A stretch of DNA of 61,495 bases, counting the filler. It is 8 parts of 8 records of this genome, joined end to end, with 100 filler letters (N's around TTAATTAATTAA, not from the genome) between each part and the next. Parts side by side here need not be neighbours in the genome. Positions count along the whole stretch, not along the records: positions 45,082 to 55,730 come from SRR31156797_65691; positions 55,831 to 61,495 come from SRR31156797_65742; 6 more parts are not named here. One strand, written 5' to 3'. The notes under the pieces are model-generated. The model was given only the letters and a program-made list of their open reading frames with translations. It made no database searches and was not told the DNA's origin. Each line of letters starts with the position of its first letter. The stretch's first letter is position 1. The translations under genes were made by a program, and so were the position numbers. This document shows positions 47,305 through 56,865 of the stretch, one piece after another.

Positions 47305-48333
47305 TTATTTTATCAAATCAAAACTGAGCGGGGTACCTCTCTCAATATCCTTCAAAGCCCTCTTCCCTAGCACATCTCTGTAGTGCTTTGGTGCAAGTCC
47401 GCCGGAAGGTCTGATTGAGCGCACATTTTCAGTGGAAAATTCTTCCCCTGCTTTAACATCTTCAACCACAAATATACTTCTAGCAAAAGCCCTGCCTGAT
47501 GGCGGGTTCTCAAGTGTATTATACGTTGGCTTCCCAATCGATTTCTCTATATTACGAATAACGTCAACCATCTGCTTAAACTCTTTAGGTTCCATAGAGA
47601 ATGAGCTGTCAGGTCCGCCAATATTTTTATCAAGTATGAAATGTTTCTCCACCATCACAGCACCAAGAGCAGTAGCCGCTGCTGCCGCCTCAAAGCCCAG
47701 AGTGTGGTCTGAGAGTCCTCCCTTCACGCCGAATTTTGTTCGTAAATCAGCGATGGTCGCCAGATTCGCATCTTCGATTTTAGCAGGATAGGACGACGTG
47801 CATTTCAGTAGCGTCACATCGCTATTACCCACTTTTTTACAAGCTTCGACAGCTTCGCAAATTTCCCCGTAAGTCCCTATCCCTGTAGAGATAATCATAG
47901 GCTTACCTTTCGATGCAGTATACTCTATGAGTGGAATATCTGTTATCTCAAACGAGGCTATTTTATAGCAGGGGACGTCTAAGTCTTCTAGAAAATCCAC
48001 AGCAGAATTATCAAACGGGGTAGAGAAAAAAACCAGCCCAAGATCGTCCGCACGTTTCTTTATCGGCTTGTGCCAATCCCAAGGGGTATAAGCCTCTTTA
48101 TACAGATCATAAAGATTCTGCCCGTCCCATACGGTTCCGCTCTTTATCTGAAAATACTCTTTGTCACAGTCGATTGTAAGCGTGTCAGCAGTGTATGTTT
48201 GGAGCTTAATAGCGTCCGCACCAGCCTCTTTAGCCGCCTCAACAGTTTTGAGTGCAGTCTCAAGCGAGTGCCCGTGGTTCGCCGAAAGCTCCGCCGCTAT
48301 AAATACTTTACCGTCTTTTAATATATCAGCCAT
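47305..48333 (-). CDS. pseI: Pseudaminic acid synthase
   Basis: AELSANH, KLQTYTADT, KIASFEI, LKCTSSYPA, SDHTLG, EKHF, C-terminal SAF domain. Confidence 0.95.
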   Translation of the reverse strand: MADILKDGKVFIAAELSANHGHSLETALKTVEAAKEAGADAIKLQTYTADTLTIDCDKEYFQIKSGTVWDGQNLYDLYKEAYTPWDWHKPIKKRADDLGLVFFSTPFDNSAVDFLEDLDVPCYKIASFEITDIPLIEYTASKGKPMIISTGIGTYGEICEAVEACKKVGNSDVTLLKCTSSYPAKIEDANLATIADLRTKFGVKGGLSDHTLGFEAAAAATALGAVMVEKHFILDKNIGGPDSSFSMEPKEFKQMVDVIRNIEKSIGKPTYNTLENPPSGRAFARSIFVVEDVKAGEEFSTENVRSIRPSGGLAPKHYRDVLGKRALKDIERGTPLSFDLIK

Positions 48334-48883
48334 AAATCTCTCTGTATTCACGGGCGAGTATGCCCATGACTATAACATCTTCGTATTTATCACCTCTAAG
48401 GCAAGCCTCACACAGCCTCCCCTCTTCTACAAATCCGAATTTTTTATAAAATCTGTGCGCCCTCTCATTAGAGCTGAGCACCTGAAGTTTTAGCGAATTA
48501 AACTGCATAATATCGAATACGATTTTGCAGATTACATGCATAAGGGTACAGCCAGCACCCTTTGGTGCGCCGTTTGGTTTGGCGTAAATCCCTAAGTATG
48601 CTGATTTATTTCTATAATCTATATCTGTGATAGCGACAGCCCCAACAGCTTCGCCCTTCCAGCTCACTACAAAGTAAAATCTATCCTCACGGTCAGCCAG
48701 CCCTCTGGAAAATGAAAAATGATCCTCAACAGAAATCTCTTCTGTGGTAAACATTAACGTGCGTATTGCGGGATCATTTCTCCAGTTAAGCACTTTTGTC
48801 AGCTCTTCATCACTGGCTGAGCAGTAGCTCACTATGCCCACTTCATCCATCTGAAATTTATTTTGTACTTCAATAGCTTTCAT
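48326..48883 (-). CDS. pseH: GNAT N-acetyltransferase PseH
   Basis: WRNDP.IR..M, LGIYAKP, SNERA..FYKKFGF; position in the pse cluster. Confidence 0.85.
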   Translation of the reverse strand: MKAIEVQNKFQMDEVGIVSYCSASDEELTKVLNWRNDPAIRTLMFTTEEISVEDHFSFSRGLADREDRFYFVVSWKGEAVGAVAITDIDYRNKSAYLGIYAKPNGAPKGAGCTLMHVICKIVFDIMQFNSLKLQVLSSNERAHRFYKKFGFVEEGRLCEACLRGDKYEDVIVMGILAREYREIYG

Positions 48884-49782
48884 CTCTTCACCATCTTCTC
48901 TGCTATTCTGCGTGCTCCCTGTCCATCAACAGACTTTTGAAGCTTTTCACTAATTTCCTTTCGCACACCTGCATCTACAAGATTTTTAGCCTTCTTAGCG
49001 ATAGCTTGCGGAGATGAATCATCGTCAAAAACACCCATCTCGCCATCAACAAAACGCCTGATATTATTGTTCTGATTTTCTGCTATCTTCACTATCACCG
49101 CCGGAACACCGCAAGCGGCAAGTTCAAGCATAGTCTGACCGCCAGCCGTAACAGCGATGTCGCAAGAGAGCATAAGCTCCGCAGTCCCGCTATCGTCCAG
49201 CCCGTAGTACCCGCCGTCAATCCCCTTAGATAAAACAGCAATTTCAACATCACCAAACGCCTCGCCAAGTGCCAGACATATCTGAGTAACTTTTTCAACC
49301 TCTGCCGATCCGCCGAGGGATACAAATATCTTATTTATATCGTCATTTATATCTCTCTCCGGCAGGCTCCAGTAAGCTTTACGAAGTATCGCATGTTCTA
49401 AACCGCAGAAGCCATTAACTCCGTCCACCGCAGGGTTAATAATCTCTCCTTCAGGATAATTAATCCGTTCGAAATCATCGAAGAACAATCTCTTATTAGT
49501 GTTAGCTGTTAGTATCTTATAAACTTCTTCCGGTGCGTAATACGAATCGATCACCACGATATCATCCTTTGTGATCACCTCTGCGGACTCCTCAGCATTA
49601 GTCAGCCAGCTGCTCAGAGTAAACTCACCACTGCAAAGGTCTTCCGCACCTTCCATTGTACCGTCCACATACATAATAACCGAGAGCCCCAGCTCTTTAA
49701 AAGCCTGCATGAGCGCATGACACCTTGCTACGTGTCCAAAGCCTTTTTCGCTCCCCGCCTCGGTAAAAATATATACCTTCAT
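48880..49782 (-). CDS. pseG: UDP-sugar hydrolase PseG (SpsG-like)
   Basis: GFGHVARC..L, IDSY, SLGGS, TAGGQT..E...GVP, AENQ, VDGQGARRI. Confidence 0.85.
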   Translation of the reverse strand: MKVYIFTEAGSEKGFGHVARCHALMQAFKELGLSVIMYVDGTMEGAEDLCSGEFTLSSWLTNAEESAEVITKDDIVVIDSYYAPEEVYKILTANTNKRLFFDDFERINYPEGEIINPAVDGVNGFCGLEHAILRKAYWSLPERDINDDINKIFVSLGGSAEVEKVTQICLALGEAFGDVEIAVLSKGIDGGYYGLDDSGTAELMLSCDIAVTAGGQTMLELAACGVPAVIVKIAENQNNNIRRFVDGEMGVFDDDSSPQAIAKKAKNLVDAGVRKEISEKLQKSVDGQGARRIAEKMVKR

Positions 49783-50591
49783 TTAAGCTTCTCCAAAATA
49801 TCCGCCGCCCGGCTAAGTTCCTGAGTTTTCAATATCTCCACAGCGTCTGCAACCTCATCTGCAACAGTTTCATACTGCTTCTTCTGCTTCACATTTTCAT
49901 TTATCAACATAAGCCAAGGCTTTCTCCCGAAAAGGTCTAATATCTCAGCCAGTCCGAAAAACTCGTTTTCACTGTATAGATTATCGTAAACAGCAGACAG
50001 GATTGCGTAATCTTCCTGCCTATCCAGTGTTATTCTTATGTCGTCTCCGCCAGTTATTTCCGGCTTATATTCCTGACATTTTGCATTTCTGATTATGTAT
50101 GGAGTGACATGCTCTCTGTCATGTTTTTCTATAGCTTTTTCATTAGCATCTTTAAGTGAGCTGAAAGTGAATACCTCAGCGTCAAGCCCGTGAGGTAAAA
50201 CCCTCGGGTGAACATTAGACATGTATCCTGATTCAAACTTCGAGAGCATATCGTCAATGACAGAGACGTCAATACATGGGCAATCGCTTGTAACACGGAC
50301 AATTATGTCAGCATCAATCTCTGAGGCGGCGCCAAAATATCTGCCCAGCACATCGTCCATACTGCCACGAAAGAACTTAAAGCCCCTCTCCCTGCATATA
50401 TCTACGATCGCATCATCTTCTTTATGATCTGTTGTGGCAACGATAACTTCATCAAGTTTATCAGATATTTTCAAACGTTTCACAACCTGTTCCAGAGCCG
50501 TCACTGAACCACCGAAAGGTAAGAATTTCAGTACCTTTCCCGGAAGTCTGGTTGATGCATACCTCGCCTGAACTATCGCCACTCTTTTCAT
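49779..50591 (-). CDS. SpsF-type acylneuraminate cytidylyltransferase (probable PseF function)
   Basis: QARYASTRLPGKVL, FRGSMDDVLGRY, RVTSDCP, REHVTPY, RITLD..ED. Confidence 0.88.
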   Translation of the reverse strand: MKRVAIVQARYASTRLPGKVLKFLPFGGSVTALEQVVKRLKISDKLDEVIVATTDHKEDDAIVDICRERGFKFFRGSMDDVLGRYFGAASEIDADIIVRVTSDCPCIDVSVIDDMLSKFESGYMSNVHPRVLPHGLDAEVFTFSSLKDANEKAIEKHDREHVTPYIIRNAKCQEYKPEITGGDDIRITLDRQEDYAILSAVYDNLYSENEFFGLAEILDLFGRKPWLMLINENVKQKKQYETVADEVADAVEILKTQELSRAADILEKLK

Positions 50592-50731
50592 AATCACTCT
50601 CTATTCATTGATATTACTATTATTATATCGGATTTTAACATAAAGTATTAAGCCGTAAGTTATTAAAAATGCTTGAAACAATCCTCTTTGAGAGTAATAT
50701 TATTCTATTATTTATTTTTTGAGGTATAAAA

Positions 50732-51310
50732 ATGCAAATAGATGCAAGAGGGCTTGCTTGCCCGCAACCGGTACTGATGATAAAAGATGAGCTAGAAAAG
50801 ATCGAAGAAGGGGTAATTACTCTCCTCGTAGATAACAAAGGCTCAAGCATAAATGTTAAAAACTTCTGCGAGGCGAACGGCTACACTGTTAACGTCGTAG
50901 AGATTGATGATTATTATAAAATAGATGCCGCAAAAGGTTACGACTGTGCCATAGCGGAAGAGACTGGTGTTAAGTCGAACATAGTAGTTCTCATCTCTGG
51001 CGAATGCCTCGGTGCGGAAGAGCCGGAGCTTGGCAAAATGCTCATGCAGGGATTCATCGGTAATATAAAAAACCTCGACTATCTACCTGAGACAATTATA
51101 TTTTTAAATAACAGTGTGCGTATGCTCACCACTAACGAAGAGACAATCGCTATTTTGAAAGAGCTTGCAGATAAGGGTGTAGAGATTCTCGCCTGCGGTG
51201 CTTGCCTTGAATATTTCAAACTAGTCGAACAGCTCAAAGTTGGCGGCATAACCGATGCTTTCACTGTTGGAACCAAAGTTTTTAACGCTGATAAAGTCAT
51301 CAGACTATAG
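50732..51310 (+). CDS. yedF: Sulfurtransferase-like selenium metabolism protein YedF (TusA plus DsrE-like)
   Basis: IDARGLACPQPV, ELGKMLM..F, ILACGACLEYF. Confidence 0.88.
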   Translation: MQIDARGLACPQPVLMIKDELEKIEEGVITLLVDNKGSSINVKNFCEANGYTVNVVEIDDYYKIDAAKGYDCAIAEETGVKSNIVVLISGECLGAEEPELGKMLMQGFIGNIKNLDYLPETIIFLNNSVRMLTTNEETIAILKELADKGVEILACGACLEYFKLVEQLKVGGITDAFTVGTKVFNADKVIRL

Positions 51311-51320
51311 GAGATAGCCA

Positions 51321-51995
51321 ATTTTTCCACTTAAAGATTCAATTCCATCGTCCACGTTTCCATACATTAACTGGATGATAATTATTTTAAATATCGTCAT
51401 CTTTTTCAAGATGGCACAGATGACAGGGTTTGAGGAGCGTGCGGTTATTTTTGAATACGGGCTGATACCTAAGCGCCTATTTGTCGAAAATTCGATGCTC
51501 ACACTCTCTGACAGGTATATCCCCATCTTTTCGTCCATGTTTATGCACGGCGGTTTCATGCATATTATTGGTAATATGTACTTTCTATTCATTTTCGGTG
51601 ACAATGTCGAAGACAGGCTCGGGCACGGCAAATACCTGCTTATGTACATAATGTTCGGTATTGCTGCCGCACTAACACAGGTCATAATGTTTCCTAACTC
51701 AGTAATCCCTATGGTTGGCGCAAGCGGAGCTGTAGCCGGTGTTATGGGCGCCTATTTAGTCTTCTACCCGAAAGCCACGGTTAAGACACTTGTGATCATT
51801 ATTATCTTCATAACCGTTGTTAACATACCCGCATTTATATTCCTCCTTCTCTGGTTTCTCTTCCAGTTTTTAAACGGAACTGGCGGCGGCGGTGGGAGTG
51901 TCGCATGGTGGGCACACATTGGAGGCTTTATCGCAGGGCTTATTTATGCTATATATTTCTTACGCAAACGTACTTATTCAAAGATTACGGAGTGA
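51321..51995 (+). CDS. Rhomboid family intramembrane serine protease (probable ATT start)
   Basis: (I)FPLKD N-terminus, MFMHGG..HI.GNM, FGDNVED, GASG, AWWAHIGG. Confidence 0.9.
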   Translation: MFPLKDSIPSSTFPYINWMIIILNIVIFFKMAQMTGFEERAVIFEYGLIPKRLFVENSMLTLSDRYIPIFSSMFMHGGFMHIIGNMYFLFIFGDNVEDRLGHGKYLLMYIMFGIAAALTQVIMFPNSVIPMVGASGAVAGVMGAYLVFYPKATVKTLVIIIIFITVVNIPAFIFLLLWFLFQFLNGTGGGGGSVAWWAHIGGFIAGLIYAIYFLRKRTYSKITE

Positions 51996-51998
51996 TTT

Positions 51999-52226
51999 AT
52001 GTGTTTAGGATTTCCGGGGCAGATAGTAGAGCTTGACGAAATAGCTGCTACTGTCGACATAGCAGGGACAAAGAGGGACGTTTCAATAATGATTCTCCCG
52101 GACGAAGTAGAAATCGGCGATTGGGTTATGGTTCACGCTGGAATGGCGATAGCTAAGATGGATCCTGCCGAGGCTCAGAAAACGTTACAGGTTTTACAGG
52201 AATTTGCTGATGGGCTTGATGATTGA
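51999..52226 (+). CDS. hypC: Hydrogenase maturation chaperone HypC
   Basis: MCLGFPG, GDWVMVHAG.A. Confidence 0.95.
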   Translation: MCLGFPGQIVELDEIAATVDIAGTKRDVSIMILPDEVEIGDWVMVHAGMAIAKMDPAEAQKTLQVLQEFADGLDD

Positions 52227-53292
52227 AGATTTCCGGAACGCCGACCTTTGTAAAAAATTAATCAAACAAATTGAGAAGGAAGCGACCGCCGACAGCTATA
52301 AATTCATGGAAGTGTGCGGAAGCCACACCATGGCGATAGCAAAATTCGGCATAAAGAGCATCCTGCCATCAAACATAAACCTGATTTCAGGACCCGGATG
52401 TCCGGTATGTGTCACACCCCAGTGCGAGATTGACGCACTATTTGACATAGCTAAAAAGGGTGCGGTGATAGCAACCTTCGGCGATATGATGCGTGTGCCT
52501 GGTAAAAATAGCGAAAATCTGCAAAAGATGAAATCAGAAGGCGTTGATGTACGCATAGTCTTCTCGCCCCTCGACACGATAAAGATTGCACAGGAGACTG
52601 ATAAAGAAGTTGTTTTCGTTGGTATCGGCTTTGAAACTACGGCTCCTGCTGTCGCCGGGCTTGCCCTCATGGCGAAAAGGGCTGGCATAAGAAATATCAG
52701 CATCACTCCATATAATAAAACCATGCCGGAAGTGCTCTCGCTCATTCTGGCTGACGATAAACTTAAAATAAACGGCTTTGTATGCCCTGGTCACGTGACT
52801 GCGATAACAGGTATAGACCTTTACACACCTATCGTAGAGGCGGGAATGTCCGCTGTGGTCACAGGTTTCGAGCCTGTAGACATACTTGGCTCTATCCTTG
52901 AGATGATCAGACAGGTGAACTCCGGTGAATATAAAGCGCTGAATATGTACTCCAGAGTCGTTTCAGACGAAGGTAACCCAAAAGCAAAGAATGTCATCGA
53001 CACTGTTTATGAAAAACAGGGGTGCTGGTGGCGTGGAATCGGCTTCATCGAAGATAGCGGGCTCGCTTTCAGAGAGGAGTATGCTCAGTTTGACGCTTTT
53101 AAAAAATTTGACGTCTCACTTGAAGGGGACGACGAGATAGAAGGATGCAGCTGTGGGGATGTGCTGAAAGGGTATATCAAGCCTGATGAATGCGCACTTT
53201 TTGGCTCTGGCTGTACGCCTGAAAGCCCTGTGGGACCTTGCATGGTTTCATCTGAGGGCGCATGTGCAGCCTATTACAAGTATCAACAATAG
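52219..53292 (+). CDS. hypD: Hydrogenase maturation protein HypD
   Basis: MEVCGSHT, GPGCPVCVT, GFETT, PGHV, GPCMVSSEGAC. Confidence 0.97.
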   Translation: MIEDFRNADLCKKLIKQIEKEATADSYKFMEVCGSHTMAIAKFGIKSILPSNINLISGPGCPVCVTPQCEIDALFDIAKKGAVIATFGDMMRVPGKNSENLQKMKSEGVDVRIVFSPLDTIKIAQETDKEVVFVGIGFETTAPAVAGLALMAKRAGIRNISITPYNKTMPEVLSLILADDKLKINGFVCPGHVTAITGIDLYTPIVEAGMSAVVTGFEPVDILGSILEMIRQVNSGEYKALNMYSRVVSDEGNPKAKNVIDTVYEKQGCWWRGIGFIEDSGLAFREEYAQFDAFKKFDVSLEGDDEIEGCSCGDVLKGYIKPDECALFGSGCTPESPVGPCMVSSEGACAAYYKYQQ

Positions 53293-53297
53293 CAAAA

Positions 53298-53406
53298 GTC
53301 ATTGTGAGAAGCGAAGCGACGAAGCAATCTTCCAATTTTATTACGTTTAAACGGGATAAGATTGCCACAAAAAATCCCGAGGAGTGGATTTTTTTTCGCA
53401 ATGACG
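53298..53406. repeat. REPIN/MITE-like palindromic intergenic element
   Basis: Termini GTCATTGTGAG...TTCGCAATGACG with an inner GCAATCTT/AAGATTGC pair. Confidence 0.8.
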
Positions 53407-53425
53407 ATAACCAGAGGTAAAGAAC

Positions 53426-55177
53426 ATAATACACGGAAACAAAGGCGGGCTAAAACCCCAGCAGTTACAAAAACTTGAAAAGCTATACACCAGAAAGGCA
53501 GGAACAAACGAAGTAATCCAGCCGGAGCTGGCGAAGACTATTTGCAATATTTCACAGGAACTTAACAGGCAGATCGGTCTGCTTGTGGATAGGAAAGGCG
53601 GAGTACAATACGTCATAGTAGGCGACACATCTGAGGTTTTTATCCCTAGTCTGGATAGGTTCCCACTTGTGCCCGGCAGTTTACGGGGGCTTAGGTTAGT
53701 ACACACACACCTGAACGGTGAAGACATCACAGATGACGACCTAACTGACCTTGCGCTTCTGAGGCTAGACACTGTGACGGCACTGCATTTTAACCATCAC
53801 GGCAATCCGGTCAGGATGCAGACAGTGCACCTTTTACCACCTGATAATGCTAACTATTACGACTTTCTCATAGATACCGATCCGCACAGGCAGACTGTTG
53901 AATATAACTATTTCATCAGTGAGCTTGAGGGTGAAATCGCTTCTAAAACCAAACGTCTACATAAGGTTGACGCTGGTAATCATGCGCTCCTCATCGGCTG
54001 TTACCGTTCTAAAGCTCAGGGTAAGGAAAACATGGCGGAGCTTGGTGAGCTTGCCCGAAGTGCAAACATGCACGTCGCTGGCGAAATAATGCAGATGAAG
54101 GATAAGCTTCACCCTAAATACGTTATAGGCTCGGGTAAACTTAAAGAGATTGTTATCAAATCCATGCAGCAGGGGGTGGAGTTTCTCGTTTTTGATAACC
54201 CGCTCTCACCAGCACAGGCAAAAGCTATCGGCGACTTCACCGACCTTAAGATTATCGACAGACCACAGCTTATCCTAGACATATTCGCGAAACGAGCTAC
54301 ATCAAACGACGGTAAAATCCGTGTGGAACTGGCGCAGCTTAAATACCTACTCCCTAGGCTAGCACAGAGGGATGATTCACTCTCAAGGCTGACAGGCGGC
54401 ATCGGCGGAAGAGGTCCTGGTAACACTAAGCTTGAGATAGACAGAAGACGTATCAACGACCGTGTAGCCATGCTCTCAAAAAAGCTGAAAAAAATTGAAC
54501 GTAACCGTGACACTATGAGGCGCAAACGTAACCGGAACGAACTGCCTATCGTGTCTATTATCGGATATACAAACGCAGGGAAATCCACCCTGTTAAACTC
54601 GCTCACACAGAGCGGAGTGTACGCTGACAACCTGATGTTCGCCACACTCGACACCAGCTCAAAACGTATAAGATTCCCGCAGGAACGTGACGTTATCATC
54701 ACCGACACTGTCGGGTTTATCCGTGACCTCCCTGAAAATCTGAAAGGTGCTTTTAAGAGTACGCTTGAGGAGTTGCAGGACGCTGATGTTCTTCTGCATG
54801 TTGTCGATGTCAGCTCAGACGGGTTCGACTCACGGGTTCACTCGGTGGAGACTGTGCTTCAGGAGCTTGAGCTGAATGAGAAAGAGAGCATATTAGTGAT
54901 TAATAAAACTGACCTCCTTGAAGATTTTGAAATTGAATACCTAAAAACTGGCGATATTCCGGAGGATGCAGATCCTGAAAGGTATGCCCGTGCTCACAAT
55001 ATTCAAAACCTGACAGAGAGATACAATCAGGTATGCCTCGTTAGTGCGCTAAACAGAAAGACATTCAGAGAGCTTTTAGAGCTTGTGAGGCTCACACTTT
55101 TTGCAGACGGAATAGACATAGAACCGCTAGGGATAGAAAACTACTTCGGTCAAAGGAGCACAGATGGAACAACTTAG
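53426..55177 (+). CDS. hflX: Ribosome-splitting GTPase HflX, long form (probable ATA start)
   Basis: GYTNAGKST, FATLD, DTVGF, NKTD, GPGNTKLEIDRR. The frame is open 53 codons upstream of the called GTG and encodes IHGNKGGLKPQQLQKLEKLY. Confidence 0.93.
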   Translation: MIHGNKGGLKPQQLQKLEKLYTRKAGTNEVIQPELAKTICNISQELNRQIGLLVDRKGGVQYVIVGDTSEVFIPSLDRFPLVPGSLRGLRLVHTHLNGEDITDDDLTDLALLRLDTVTALHFNHHGNPVRMQTVHLLPPDNANYYDFLIDTDPHRQTVEYNYFISELEGEIASKTKRLHKVDAGNHALLIGCYRSKAQGKENMAELGELARSANMHVAGEIMQMKDKLHPKYVIGSGKLKEIVIKSMQQGVEFLVFDNPLSPAQAKAIGDFTDLKIIDRPQLILDIFAKRATSNDGKIRVELAQLKYLLPRLAQRDDSLSRLTGGIGGRGPGNTKLEIDRRRINDRVAMLSKKLKKIERNRDTMRRKRNRNELPIVSIIGYTNAGKSTLLNSLTQSGVYADNLMFATLDTSSKRIRFPQERDVIITDTVGFIRDLPENLKGAFKSTLEELQDADVLLHVVDVSSDGFDSRVHSVETVLQELELNEKESILVINKTDLLEDFEIEYLKTGDIPEDADPERYARAHNIQNLTERYNQVCLVSALNRKTFRELLELVRLTLFADGIDIEPLGIENYFGQRSTDGTT

Positions 55178-55508
55178 CCCCTCTGAGGTAATTAAATTCA
55201 GGGCTGAATGCTTCAAAGCTTCTGATGGTGCAGGGGTTTACTCTCTTTATTCCATCAAGAGCGACTTCAGGAAAATATTTACACCGGATGATTTTAACGA
55301 ACATTTCAGGCTGCTAACGAAAAATAAAGAGCACGCCGGACTACAGCTTGTAACTGAAAATATTAAAAGTAACCTAGCTGAAGTTAAATACATCGAACAC
55401 ATAAGCGAAAACGGCAAACTACAAACTTTCTACTCGAAAACTTTCCTCACAAAAGAGAATGGAAAGTGGCGTATCCTTAAAGAGATTAGAGAGAAAAAAG
55501 AGAACTGA
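55164..55508 (+). CDS. Hypothetical protein (possibly NTF2-like)
   Basis: AGGAG RBS; 114 aa ending ENGKWRI. Confidence 0.65.
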   Translation: MEQLSPSEVIKFRAECFKASDGAGVYSLYSIKSDFRKIFTPDDFNEHFRLLTKNKEHAGLQLVTENIKSNLAEVKYIEHISENGKLQTFYSKTFLTKENGKWRILKEIREKKEN

Positions 55509-55576
55509 CAAATTAATGTAAATTAGGTCTTGATATCTAGCTCATAATATCATATAAATATCTTCTGCTTTGTTAC

Positions 55577-55665
55577 GGAGGAGTGTCCGAGTCTGGCTGA
55601 AGGAGGCGGTCTTGAAAACCGTTGAGCGTGTAAGCGTTCCGTGGGTTCGAATCCTACCTCCTCCG
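55577..55665 (+). tRNA. tRNA-Ser(UGA)
   Basis: GGAGGAG/CTCCTCC acceptor stem, CT-TGA-AA anticodon loop, long variable arm, GGTTCGAATCC; CCA not encoded. Confidence 0.95.
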
Positions 55666-55682
55666 TTTTTTCCTTTTTAAAA

Positions 55683-55730
55683 GGAGTGGTGGCCGAGCTA
55701 GGCTGAAGGCGCTCGCCTGCTAAGCGAGTA
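55683..55730 (+). tRNA. tRNA-Ser(GCU), truncated by the contig end
   Basis: GGAGTGGTGGCCGAG...GAAGGCG CTCGC-CT-GCT-AA-GCGAG. Confidence 0.88.
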
Positions 55731-55830
55731 NNNNNNNNNNNNNNNNNNNNNNNNNNNNNNNNNNNNNNNNNNNNTTAATTAATTAANNNNNNNNNNNNNN
55801 NNNNNNNNNNNNNNNNNNNNNNNNNNNNNN
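55731..55830. other. Artificial contig spacer 7
   Basis: N44-TTAATTAATTAA-N44. Confidence 0.99.
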
Positions 55831-56426
55831 ATGGTCGGCCCCCAATCCTCGTATTCGACAATTTTAGCGTTCTTAAAAATGTTGCCGGCGATTCCTACAT
55901 AAGAAGTGCCTTTTTTTTCACCTATTTTTTTATCAGTGGCCCGAATTTCCTTGAGCGGGTCTTTACCCGTAAATGAATATTGCGAAGCAGTCAAACGGTT
56001 GATGATCAATGTAGGATGCAGAATCAGGTATGGTTGAGTAAAACGTACTTTTTTAGCTCTTCGCAAAGTTGCGCTTATAAGAGATATGGCAATATCCGCT
56101 TCATGCCGGACAACTGTCTCTATAATGGCGTTGAAAGTTTTCGGCTTCCTGTTAAACTCGCATTCCACTCCGAGTTTTCTTGCTATATCCTTGGCCAGTT
56201 CCACATCGTGGCCGATGAAGTTACCATCTTTGTCATGCATCATAAAAGGAGGAATATCCCTGTGATACATGGCGACTATTATCTTTTTTCTGTCCAGAAT
56301 GCGCTGCATCTCGGGCGGGTATTCCCGGTAGGACTTTTTACTATCGCCTTCGGCGGCCCGGCCCGGGATTGCAAGGAAAAATGCAAGACCAATAATAGCA
56401 ATACAAAAGACAGTATTTTTTTTCAT
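55831..56426 (-). CDS. Family 3 (amino-acid type) substrate-binding protein, 3'-partial
   Basis: Signal peptide; PPF......G..IGHDVELAKDIARKLGV, ADIAIS.IS.T..RAKKVRFTQPY. Confidence 0.85.
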
Positions 56427-56865
56427 ATAGCGGTCCACCTGAATCAGCCGGTTAGCATAATTATATAAAACCTGTATTTATAATCATTGCCGACATCTAC
56501 AACATGTTAAAAATACAATACTTTTCAGTGAACTGTCAAGTATTTTTCAAGTAAAGGCCTTATTATCATTATGTTAATTGTCATGCACGGCTGTATGAAT
56601 AGGTAGCTCATAATTCTTTACCGCATCATACTTCAAGCGCCCTTTAGTATAAGAGCCTGACCGTAAATGGCATTATAACTACGCAAATTGATTTGCCTTT
56701 ATTGTATATTTTGTTATAACATGCTTTTAAAGCGACGAAAATGGTTTTATTCACGATTTATGTTTATTTATTCCCTTGCCAATGCGCCGGGGAAATCGTT
56801 CGCCTCTTGTAATTGATTAGGTTTATTAATATTTTATATTGTTATAAAGGACAAAGGCTCAGGAG

